Source of the DNA: Fonticula alba ATCC 38817
Taxonomy: Eukaryota > Protista > Nucleariida
NCBI GenBank assembly: GCA_000388065.2
Contig: KB932203.1
Direction: 5' to 3' (one strand)
Length of the DNA stretch: 18,569 bases
Positions 9,501 to 18,569 of the stretch are shown piece after piece (within the stretch, counting starts at the first letter, position 1; every line of letters starts with the position of its first letter). The notes below the pieces were generated by a model that saw only the letters and a program-made list of their open reading frames with translations, made no database searches and was not told where the DNA came from. The position numbers and the translations under genes are program-made.

Positions 9501-12500
9501 AGGTGCAATCGGCGGCCAGCGGCCCGGAGCATGTGGCACACCGCCCGGCGCATGGGTCGCATCCGGCCGCCTGGGGGAAGGTCCCCTCCGGGCAGCTGGC
9601 CAGGCACATGGTCCCCTGGAGCAGGAGCCCCGGGGCGCAGGCGAGGCACTCGTGCTCGGCCGGGCCATGGCACGCGGCGCAGGAGGCATGGCACTGGATG
9701 CACTGCTGGCCGGAGGGGCCGACTTGCAGGTGGCCGGCGCAGGCGCGGCACATGGCACCCGGGTCGGCGGTCACGCAGGACAGGCAGTCGGCCTCGGCGC
9801 AGGGCAGGCAGCGGGCATCGCCGGGGGCACTGGCCGGCCCGGTGCCCTCGGGGCAGGCGCGCACACATTCGCCGGCCGGGCTGAGCAGCCAGCCGGCGGC
9901 GCAGGCGATGCACTGGTCGGGCCCGGGGCCGGTGCACCCGGCGCAGGCCATGTCGCAGGAGCGGCAGGGCCCGGGCAGGCCGCCCGGGAGGAAGCGATTC
10001 CCCAGGCAGGCGGTGCATTGCGAGGTGGCCGGGCCGTTGCAGGTGTGGCAGGTGGCCGCGCAGACATCGCACCGGCGCCCGTCGGCCGAGGGGGCGAAGC
10101 CCGCGGCGCAGCTGGCCACGCAGATGCCGGCCTGGAGGCGCATGCCCGGCGGGCAGTCGCCACATAGCCCGGGCCGGGCGGCCGAGCAGGCGGCGCAGGT
10201 CCCGTGGCAGGAATCGCACCGGGCCGGGGTGGCCCGCAGGCCGGTCTGCTCGTCGGCCACGGGCAGCAGCCCCGGCTGACAGCCGCACGCCGAGGCCCCG
10301 GCCTGCATGCCGCTGGGGCAGACACAGTCGTCGGTGCCGCGCTCCGGCTCGGCATGCTCGATGCACTGGCAGGAGCCGGTGGTGGGGTTGAGCATGCGCC
10401 CGGCCCCGGTGCACCGGCAGCCATGGCCCAGGGAATCGAGCTCGGCCCCGGGCGGGCAAGAGGCGTCGGCCACATCGCCGCGGCTGAAGACCGTCAGGGT
10501 GCCCGGGGCGCCGGGCTCGGCCGGGGCCTCCATCTGCACGATATCCAGCAGGCCATCCTGGTCGACGTCGGCCAGGAAGACGGTCGGCCGGGCGGCCACC
10601 ATGGCGGCCGAGGGGCCTTGGGCATGGGCCTGCCCCGGCAGGAGGACCACCCGGCGGAAGGACGTGTGAAGGATGTCCTGGGCGATGTAGGCCACCAGGC
10701 GCCCGGAGAGCGGGTAGTGCAGGACAAAGTCCAAGATCCCATCGTCATCCACGTGCAGCGCCTGGAGGACCACATCCTCGGAGATGGGCTCCCGCTCGAG
10801 CACGCGCAGGGGACACTCATAGGTCGGGCGGCCGGCGTGGCCGGGGGGGGCTTCTTCGTCGCCGCCGCCGGTGCTGCCGCTGGGGCCGCTGGCGGAGCTG
10901 GCCGCCGGTGACAGCGGCAGGCTGAGGCAATTTTCGCTGCGAATGCACCCCACGTCCATGAGGACAATGCTGTCGGGGAGACCGTCGGCCCGGACGAGGG
11001 CCACATTGTCCCAGTGGTCCTCGTTGCCGAGCGTGAGGACGGTATTGGTGATGTGGCGGTCCGAGGGGTGGAGCAGCCACAGGCACGGGGCATAGGGGCC
11101 GAGGATGATGGCCGGCCCATCGTCCGGGTGGCCCGGGGCCAGATCGCGCAGCGAGTGCACCAGGAGCAAGTCCCTTCCATGGTCGCGGTAGCCGGTGGCC
11201 GGCCCGGGGGAGGGCCAATGCCAGGGCAGGCCGCCCGGCCCGGCCGGGGGGGATAGCTCCAGCAGGAGCAGGTCACAGAGTTGGAAGGGCCCTTGCGCAA
11301 GGGGCAAATAGGACCGCGGCAGCAGGAGCACCTCCTGGCGCCGGCCCGGGGCCGGAACATGCACCAGGCGCAGGCCGTAGTCGCCCAGGCCGCCGGCCAG
11401 CGAGGCGCCATCCAGGAAGGCCTCCTCCTCCGGGTAGGGCAGGGCGAAGTAGGAGAAGGAGCAAGAGGCCATGGCCTGGGTGGGGGTGCTCATCTCCGAG
11501 TGGGCCGCGATGTCGGCCATGACCAAGTGCGACTGGGGCTCCACCAGCCGGGCATGGATGTCACACACCTGGGGGGGGGGCTTGTCGGCCAGGATGGAGG
11601 GCGCCGGCGGCCGGCCGGGTCGAAGCTCCCACACCAAGATCGTGCGGGCGCCCCGGTGGGTGACAAGCTGCTTGGCCAGCCCCGGGGGGAGGGCCGAAGC
11701 CTGGGCCGAGGCCGATGTGGCGGCGAGTGCCTCGGGCGGGGGCCGCGACACGGCCTCGAACCATGGCCGGGGGGCCGGTATCGCCGGGCGCGCCGGGATG
11801 GCCCCCGCCGGGATGGTGTCCCAAGTCTCGGGGACCGATGCGCCAGAGGCCTGGGCGGTGATGGCACGCTCGCCGGAATGGCCCGGCTCCGGGAACCGAT
11901 GGGCCGGGGCTCGCGCGTCCGAGCCATGAGGCCCGACGGATTCGAGGCGGACGGTCCAGCCCGTGCAATAGTCGCGCATGCCCTGGAGCACATGGCCGGG
12001 GCGCATGGCAGCCGGGGCGGTCGGCTGGCCGTCCGGGTGGAAGTCGGCCGCCGGCAGGAACCACTGCTCGGCGACGCCGGCCTCGGGCGCACGGGCCAGA
12101 TGGAGATATTGCCCGGGGCCGAACATGGGGGCCACATGGTGGCCGGGCGAGGACCGGATCGCCCGCAGGGGGGACACCTGCACCGGGACCATGGCGGCCC
12201 AGGCCGGATGAACCGGCACCCGATGGGCCGGCAGCCAACTGTCCGCCAGGGTGGCGGCCTGGCACCGGGCGGCGGCCAGGATGACGGCATCCGGCCGGTC
12301 GCACTGGCGGGCACATTGGCCGGCTTCGGTCACCAGGAACCCCGGGGCACAGGACACACACCGGTGGGCCAGGCATTGCAGGCAGTGGTCGGGCGTGCAT
12401 GCCGGGCATTCGCCCGGGGGGCTTTCCTCGCCTCCGTGGCCGATGCACAGGCTGCACGGCTCGAGGCCGGTCAAATCGGAGTGGTCGAAGATCGGCGGGC

Positions 12501-15500
12501 ATTGGCAGAAGGCCCGGGCGCCCAGTTGGGTGGGCAGCTTCGGGCACAAGCTCCAAGCATGGGGGCCCTCGGGCCGGGGGTCGACCGACTGAGGGCAGAC
12601 ATCGGTCTCGAGCCAGGCGTCGGGCGACCGGCACTGGCCGTCGGCCCCGCAGCCGCAGCCATTTTCCGGGGTCCCCTCGCGGAAGAGGGTCCCCCTGCCG
12701 GTGTGGTGGTTGATGAGGGCCACCTCCGACCGGCCATCCAGCTCCACATCCAGGACCACCAAGTCCACCGGGGCCCACTCGAAGGGCAGGAAGTTGGCCC
12801 ACCGGGTGACGGCCGGCTGATGGGTGACGGTGAGGGCGTGGGTGCCGGGGTGCTGGTCGAAGGCCAGGTGCACCACGTGCAGCCAGTTGCCGGTCCACAG
12901 GAAGAGCCGCGCCCGGCCGGGCTCCATGGTCCGGGGGTCGACCGCGGCCGCCAGCCGGTCGGTGCCTTGGCGACCGGAGTGCAGGTCGCCCAAGGTCAGC
13001 ACCGGCAAGGGGGCGCGGAAGTCCGGGCGGAAATCGCGCCCGGTGGCCGTGTTCCGGAGGAGGAACAGCACCTCCAGCGAGGAGGGCCCCGGGGAGTGGG
13101 GGATCAGGAGCAGCGGCGGCCGCGTGGTGCCGGCCCCCGGGAGCAGGGGGACCAGGCGTCCGCATGGGAGCGCCGGCAGGAGGACCCTCCCATCCAGCTC
13201 CGAGCTGGTGATCATCGGGTGGCTAAAGGCCTTCGGGTACCAAATGAGCTGGCAACCAGCCTCCGGCGTGGCCAGGTAGGGGTCAAGACTGACCAGGGCC
13301 AGCAGGGTCTCAATGCCGAAGTCATTGTCCACGGCATGCCAGAGGGCCGAGTGAATGGCCTCGGTGGCGATGCGCTGCGAGCCGAAGGAGGGCCCTGACA
13401 CCGCATGGAGCATGGGGGTCCCGGGGCCGGCCGGGCTGCCGGAAGTCCGGCCGACGGACACATGTGCCGGCTCGTGAATGGGCGCCATCCGGGCCCCATG
13501 CTCATGGCACATGCGGGCGCTGAGGGGATTGCCCCAGTCGCACAGGAAGACCGAGCTCCCGAGGGCGGTGGCCAGGGCCGGGTTGCCGTACTTGGCAATG
13601 GGCCGGGTGGCGGCGATGCTGTCGGCGGTCGAGATGGAGGAGTAGACCCCCCGGCGGGGGCCTTCCCGGAAGGACACCAGGCCTTGGATGAATCCGTTGT
13701 TGAGGAAGCCGATCCCCTCGGCCGAGGGCCGACTGCGCAAGTGCAGCATGCTGCGCTGCTGGGCCTCGACAAGGTCCAGCAACTTGTCCGAGTAGGTGCC
13801 AGTCCAAAGGGCGACCACCGGCCGGCGGCACTCTTCGGGCGCCATGTGGCCGGGGCAGGCGTCGAAGCCGAAAGACCCCTCCAGGAGGGCCTCGTAAAAG
13901 GGCCGCGTGGGGGGGGCGCGCACGATCGTGACATCGGGCCCGGGCTCCGCAACGCAGGCGCCATTTCGCAGGGGCCCATTCTCCGGGCATGACAAGCACT
14001 CGAGGGGACCGGGCCCGGAGCAGGTTTCGCAGGACCCGTCGCAGGGCTGGCACTCTCGCACTTCGGGCAGGGCAGGCCCCGTGGGAAAGTCGGCAGCCCC
14101 GGGGGTGGGGGTGGTGGGGGGGGGGGGCGGTCGGCCGGTGAGCCCGACCAAGGGGTGCCAGGCGCAAGCCACAGGGCCCCGGGGGCGGCCATGCGGAGGC
14201 CATTTGAGGTAAGGAGGCGTTCGGCAAGTCGAAGACACAGGCGGAGGGGGGGGGGGTGTCAGTGGCGGCCGGGGCCATGGCATGTGCTTAGCAGGGCGGG
14301 AGGAAGGCGTCAAGGAGGTCCGGATGCATGACGCAGGGACATGGCCCGGGGTGCCCCTTGCGCCAGGACCATGATCGAGTGATTCCCGGGAGGCGGGGCC
14401 GCAAGGGCAGCAGCCACCAGGCGCACCGTCGGCCCGGAAGAAGCCCACCTCGCAGAACTCACACGGAGCAAGGTAATCCTCCAGGGCATTGGGATCGTCA
14501 CATTCGCATGTGGGCGCGGCGTAGAAGTCGTCCAGGGCCGGGGCGCACCGAGCCCACGGGCCGCAGAGGCAATTCGGCGAGGCGGCCTCCAGCGACAGGA
14601 GGAGGATGCCCCCGCTGTGGGCCGAAGTAGCCATGGCCAGGTCGGGGGATCCATCGGCGTCGAAGTCCCCCACGGCGAGGTCCATCCAGCCGCCATACCG
14701 TTCGAGGGGCAACTCCGGCAGCAGGGCCCGGCCGTCGACATCGGCCAGGGAGAGGAGCAATCCCGGGCCGGGGCTCGGCCGCACCGGGCCCGGGATCAGC
14801 CACACCCGAGTGCCATGGGCCACGATGATGCTCGTGTGGTCGGGATGTACCAGCTTCGGGGCCGGGGCGGCCTTCGGCTGGCGACTGGTCTGCGGCGGCT
14901 CCAGGAGCCCCGGATCGCCGGCGGTCATGTCGGCCAGGGACACATGCACCGGGAGGGCCATGTTGGAGGACAGGAAGAAGATGATGCGCTCGGTGAGGGT
15001 GGACTCGAGGCCGGAAATGATGGCCACATCGGTGGCGAGGCCATCGGCGTCAAAGTCCCCGACGATGATTTTCCCGGCCCGGAAGCCCGACGGCAGTCGG
15101 TACAGCAGGGAGACGTCGCCCAGGGATCCGGGGCCGACCGGGCGGGCGATGTTGCTCAGCCAGTAGATGGACTCCGGGCCGTCCGGCTGCAGCGGCAGGG
15201 TGGCCACAAACACCGCGTCCACTTGACCGTCATTGTCGAGATCGGTCGGCGTCAGCAGCCGGATGTTGGCCAGGCCGAAGTTGTCCTGCTGCTCGGTGTC
15301 CTGGCCGCCGAATGCCAAGGCTCGGCTCAGGATGGCATCCTGGTGGATGGTCAAAAGTTGGGGGTCCATGCGCCGGGGATGGTGCGAGTCGAATGCGAGC
15401 ATCGGCTCCCGGCCCCAGAGGGTGAAGAAGGTGGCTCCGCCGATGCCCTGCAGGATGACATCCGAGTCGACTTGCACCAGGGACTCGTACACCTGCGAGG

Positions 15501-15972
15501 CGGCGGGGACCTGGGTCGGCTTGAGGACCAGCGGCCCCGGGCCGTTCGGCGCAAAGGGATGCACCCCTAACAGGCAGGCCACGGACGAGGGAGGGCCCTG
15601 GAGGAAGGACACCGGGCGGTCGGCGGAGAAATCGCCCCGCTGCTTGCCCTCGGGCGAGCTTCGAACCGAGAAGTAGGTGTCGGCGAAGTGGATGTCATCG
15701 AAGGAGTCCCGGCCGCCGATGGCCATATAGCGCTGGGAGAAGAAGTCGCAAAACCGGAGCTCGGAATCCAGGTTGGGGGACCTTGTGCTGGGCAGGTAGT
15801 GGACGGTGCGGAACGATGGGACCGATGATGCCCTTGCACCAGGGCCGTCTGGCGGCCCAAGGAGCAGCAGCAGCAGCAGCAGCAGCAGGAGCAGCAGCAG
15901 CGGCAGCAACGGCCGCGGCCTCAGGCCCCGCGGAATCCGGAATGGACAGGGGCCGGCCCCGGTGGCTGACAT
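5703..15972 (-). CDS. Giant single-pass receptor Ser/Thr protein kinase (TKL-like) with FG-GAP/VCBS modules, EGF-like units and a furin-like repeat stalk; 9 exons, ~2941 aa
   Basis: Exons 15972-14427, 14060-7935, 7823-7660, 7383-7353, 7259-7083, 6927-6870, 6683-6517, 6378-6034 and 5914-5703 sum to 8826 nt (3n). All junctions are GT..AG with matching phases, and splicing restores continuous kinase subdomains. Signal peptide, TM and all catalytic motifs are present. Intron 1 (14426-14061) is the least certain junction. Confidence 0.88.
6444..6511 (+). repeat. 68-nt poly-G homopolymer (poly-C in the pre-mRNA) inside intron 7
   Basis: Uninterrupted G from 6444 to 6511. It lies between donor GTGCGC (6516) and branch CTGAC / acceptor CAG (6379). 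Confidence 0.95.
6754..6850 (+). repeat. Compound (GT)n/(GC)n microsatellite in intron 6
   Basis: Pure (GT)10 at 6771-6790 flanked by degenerate gtgc/gtgt units, within intron 6869-6684. Confidence 0.9.
7729..7812 (-). other. Transmembrane helix of the receptor kinase
   Basis: LLLYIVVPVAAVLLLLLMLAGLVLFLCW followed by the basic stop-transfer RHRR; encoded at the start of exon 3. Confidence 0.92.
7936..10218 (-). repeat. Stalk of 16 tandem furin-like Cys-rich repeats
   Basis: I count 16 units of the form C-x2-C-x3/4-C-x2-C-x-GP-x4-C-x2-C, from CDSCHGTCAAC to CHACDLSCEVCSGPGPDGC. Confidence 0.92.
10532..15260 (-). other. FG-GAP/VCBS-like Ca-binding beta-hairpin motifs spread over three ectodomain modules
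   Basis: TDLDNDGQVD (~15210-15260), VGDFDADGLATD (~15010-15075), VGDFDADGSPDL (~14620-14685), degenerate LDVELDGRSEV (~12710-12765), LHVDDDGILDF (~10715-10770) and ADVDQDGLLDI (~10532-10582). Confidence 0.8.
14061..14426 (-). other. Predicted 366-nt in-frame intron 1 hidden inside the 2782-aa ORF
   Basis: Donor G|GTGCGC at 14426. The acceptor AAG at 14063-14061 is the first AG after ~220 AG-free nt. Two poly-C tracts lie inside. Removal restores GFFRAD-VRECQPCDGSC furin spacing and deletes a Pro-rich insert. Confidence 0.65.
15829..15972 (-). other. Signal peptide with poly-Leu core
   Basis: MSATGAGPCPFRIPRGLRPRPLLP-L14-GPPDGPGARA|SS: basic n-region, hydrophobic h-region and an A-x-A cleavage motif. 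Confidence 0.85.
15865..15900 (+). repeat. (CAG)8-GAG-(CAG)3 trinucleotide repeat, read as CTG = Leu on the coding strand
   Basis: Read directly; it encodes most of the signal-peptide Leu run. Confidence 0.95.
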
Positions 15973-16150
15973 GCTGATGCCGGACGATCGGGGTCCCGGT
16001 GTGTGGAGGGGCTCCAAAGGGGGGGGGGCGAGGGGGCGAGTGCAAGGCAAGGGCAGCAAGGGGAGGGGGAGGCGACGGGGAGGGCCGAGGCGTTGGGCGA
16101 CCGTAGAGACCAGACTGGCCCACACCCGGGCACGCCGGCGGGAGGGTGGA

Positions 16151-16157
16151 TTATATA
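16151..16157 (-). promoter_or_regulatory. TATA box (TATATAA) of the receptor kinase gene
   Basis: Canonical TATATAA on the gene's strand in otherwise ~70% GC sequence, ~180 nt upstream of the signal-peptide ATG (15972). Confidence 0.6.
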
Positions 16158-17381
16158 GCCGCGGGGCAGGAGCCAGGAAAAGTAAACAAAAATGGGAAAC
16201 ATTCCCAAGCATGTTTCAATGTTTGTTTGGTTCCCTCCGAGATCTTCCGGATCAGGGGGCGAGAACCCGAACGGCGGGGGGGGGGCGCGCCTCACGGGGG
16301 GCGATTCCCAGGGCCGGGAGAGGTGGGCGGGGCGCTACTAGCAGTGCTATCTGGCCGTCCCCCTCGCGCAACAAAGGCCCCGCCCGCGGACGCGGGAAGT
16401 GCCATCCTTTTCACCCAACGGCGGGGGGTCCGGGCGTACCGTTATTATGCCGGCGTCTGGCTGGCCATCACAATGTGGCGTTTGCGGATGTGCGCCGAAC
16501 GCCGCGTGTCCGGCCGACCCGGCTCCCACGAATCGGCCCCTTGGTGGGGTGCTCCATTCGTCCGATGCCCGTGACTTCTGGCAGATCATATGCCCGATCG
16601 GTCTCCTGGTCTCTCTCGCGCGCCGGTGTCCGACACGGGGCTGCCCTCTCCTCCCGGTGTGGGACCGTGGCCTTTCTTTTCTTTCGGTGACCCGCCCCGG
16701 GCCCCGGGAATGGCTCTTCCTCCAGCACCACCCTCTCTTTCGCCCGGCTTTTGCCCCCCACCACCTGCATGTATGGCGGTCGTCTGTTTCCTCCCTCTTT
16801 TGAGCTCCTCCCGTCTTCGGGCTCTCCCTTGCACATTCCCCGTCTCGCGCCTTCGCTCGCCCCCACTCGGCCTCTCTCCCGGGTCCGCTGGGCTCGCCGC
16901 TGTTCCTGTCCATCCGCCGGCCCACCAATGCCTGGCAAGGAAGGCGCACACGATCCGCGGAGCTCCGGCCCCTCCCATAGCCGGCAAGCTACCAATACCA
17001 AGTGCCCCGGCGGTTGCCATCGACCTGGTGGGTTTTTGTGGGCAGGGATTCGCCCTGGGGCGGGCGGAGATGTCGGGAATTCCATCCTGCTCACGACCAG
17101 CGGTCGCCGGCAGCCGGGCAAACGGGCTCGGGCATGGCCGACGCCGATGTGCCTGTCCTCCCTGCCTCTCCGATGGGGGCACCCTCTCGCCTTCTGGACA
17201 CGAACGCTGTAGCACCCCCCCCCCCTGCAGCACCACAACATTTTATGCCTCGGGGCTGTGGACCACGCCAGATACGAGCGCATGCTCCAGGCCACACGCA
17301 GATAGAGCCCCAAAGCCGTGAGGCTGCACCTCGCGCACCACTCCGAGGGCACTCCGCGCGCGTGAAAAAAGAAACAGGATG

Positions 17382-18338
17382 TCAGCCATCGGGAACCCAA
17401 ACAGCGGCACGCGTGGCTCGCTCCGAAGATCGGCCAGCATCCGAAAGGTCGCGCGCCCGGCCGCGGGTCTGCCAGGGGAGGCGACTCACCACCGCCAGGA
17501 GGCGCGCCACAACCGTGGCCCCGAGTCTCGAGGCGGGACCGGCGGACATTCGAGCGGTGCGCGTGGCTCCGGCTTGCTGGCCCTCCGGGGCACCCGGCAA
17601 GAGGCTCCGCCTTGGTCCATGAACCCCACCGCCGCCGGGGCCGGCCAAGCGGGCCGCGCGATCGGGGCCCTCGGGCGACACCCACGAGGCGCCGACCGAA
17701 AAGTCGCCGGGCATCAGGGAGGCTGACGCGGCGCCCTGGCACCCGATCGCCTCAATGTGGGTCCGATCGAATGGCGAGCCTGAGCTGAGCGCCTCGAGGC
17801 GCTCGGCATGGGTGATCGACCGGATATGCCGGGGGACATCCAAGCACGCCAGAGGCCGGGGGAGGCCCGGCCAGGGGGCCGCCCCGGGGCAGGCCAATTC
17901 CCCACCGCCAGCGGGCAGACGGGCATTCGCCCAAACAATAGCACCCCTGAAGGATCGTTGCCATAACGGGCAGGAACGATGAATTCCGGCACGCGTGGGC
18001 GCAGGCTCTTTGTCCCTGGGGCTGGTGGGACATTCATCGAGGGGGCGCACTTCGGCCACCTCCGCCGCCCTGAGCGCATGAGGAGGGGGACGACCGGTGT
18101 GAAAATCAACTGCCAACGGTCGGGATTTACCTCCGCTGATCGGAGCGCGCGCGGCTTGCCCTTCCGGGCGGATCTGCCGGCCGCCCGGTTCCCTGGGGAT
18201 GTTGTTGGTCGAAATCTCCTGACGCGGCGCCCTGCACTTGTGTGAGTCTGGCGGCTGGGCATGCTTGCAACCTGGGGCTTTTGCCGGACAAAAGGTGGGC
18301 TGCTCCTTGTTATGGGTTATGTGTATAGCCATGCACAT
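17382..18338 (-). CDS. Putative exon(s) of an unidentified gene; likely exon ~18218-17490, probably 5'-incomplete
   Basis: 318-codon open frame. Codons 17870->17670 have G/C at 57 of 67 third positions (LACLDVPRHIRSITHAERLEALSSGSPFDRTHIEAIGCQG). The in-register plus frame has stops. A phase-0 CAG acceptor (18221-18219) and a GTGAGT donor (17489) bound a 729-nt candidate exon. No domain recognised. Confidence 0.35.
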   Translation of the reverse strand: MCMAIHITHNKEQPTFCPAKAPGCKHAQPPDSHKCRAPRQEISTNNIPREPGGRQIRPEGQAARAPISGGKSRPLAVDFHTGRPPPHALRAAEVAEVRPLDECPTSPRDKEPAPTRAGIHRSCPLWQRSFRGAIVWANARLPAGGGELACPGAAPWPGLPRPLACLDVPRHIRSITHAERLEALSSGSPFDRTHIEAIGCQGAASASLMPGDFSVGASWVSPEGPDRAARLAGPGGGGVHGPRRSLLPGAPEGQQAGATRTARMSAGPASRLGATVVARLLAVVSRLPWQTRGRARDLSDAGRSSERATRAAVWVPDG

Positions 18339-18440
18339 GTTATTATGTATATATTATATCCACGTACACCCACGTACACCCACGTACGCCCGTGTGCACA
18401 CCCATGTACACACATATGTATACGCATATACACGCACACA
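18310..18440. repeat. AT-rich alternating purine/pyrimidine tract with a 10-bp tandem repeat (CACGTACACC x~3, 18361-18390)
   Basis: cacgtacacc cacgtacacc cacgtacgcc, flanked by tatgtatatattatat and acacatatgtatacgcatatacacgcacaca. Confidence 0.75.
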
Positions 18441-18569
18441 CCCCGTGCGAAGGGGTGATAATGCCTCAGCATTCACTCCGGCAGGTGGTGTCGGTCCCTC
18501 ACGGGGAATCGTGTGAGGTCCACCGGGCTGGGTTTGTGTAGCCCTGCCTGAGGAGTCTGGAGGGGGGGG

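Noticed and set aside
7877-13398. Long overlapping ORFs on the plus strand and alternate minus frames (e.g. 11281..13398, 8029..9126, 11561..13165)
   Set aside because: Antisense or off-frame shadows of a high-GC3 gene, Arg/Gly/Ala/Pro-rich with no motifs.
15973-16212. Upstream start of the 2782-aa ORF (MLGNVSHF...)
   Set aside because: It begins at a non-ATG codon upstream of the TATA box. The ATG at 15972 directly opens a signal peptide.
16300-17330. ORFs 16399..16803 (+), 16590..17321 (+), 16586..17236 (-) and 16468..17742 (-)
   Set aside because: Low-complexity CT-rich/GA-rich sequence with no motif and no clearly favoured frame; treated as intergenic or UTR.
18537-18569. TGTAGC near the window end as an LTR start pairing with GCTACA at 95-100
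   Set aside because: Only a 6-bp match, TGTAGC also occurs by chance at ~6631 and ~17208, and 33 nt is too little to assess.
1-18569. CRISPR array, rRNA, tRNA, prokaryotic operon or defence system
   Set aside because: No regularly spaced direct repeats with unique spacers and no recognisable structural RNA. Spliceosomal introns show the DNA is eukaryotic.

Overview
Eukaryotic, very GC-rich (~70%), intron-containing DNA. No prokaryotic operon, rRNA, tRNA or CRISPR array is recognisable. The main feature is one giant minus-strand single-pass receptor Ser/Thr (TKL-like) kinase gene that the ORF track splits into four pieces. I could join it by hand into 9 exons with consistent phases: complement(join(5703..5914,6034..6378,6517..6683,6870..6927,7083..7259,7353..7383,7660..7823,7935..14060,14427..15972)), 8826 nt, ~2941 aa. 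Its order is signal peptide, three large ectodomain modules with FG-GAP/VCBS-type DxDxDG motifs each followed by EGF/furin-like Cys units, a stalk of 16 furin-like repeats, a TM helix and a kinase with an HKDLKPGN catalytic loop. A TATA box lies ~180 nt upstream. A convergent plus-strand ORF (100..1470) is a fragment of a related ectodomain with no signal peptide or TM, and begins abruptly after a lower-GC 100-nt segment. Two further minus-strand regions (~2.9-4.2 kb, ~17.4-18.3 kb) have coding-like codon bias but no recognisable product. From recall, not a search, the architecture, GC content and intron style resemble the expanded receptor-kinase family of the aggregative nucleariid amoeba Fonticula alba; the taxon is an inference. 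Most other ORFs in the track are GC-driven shadows.
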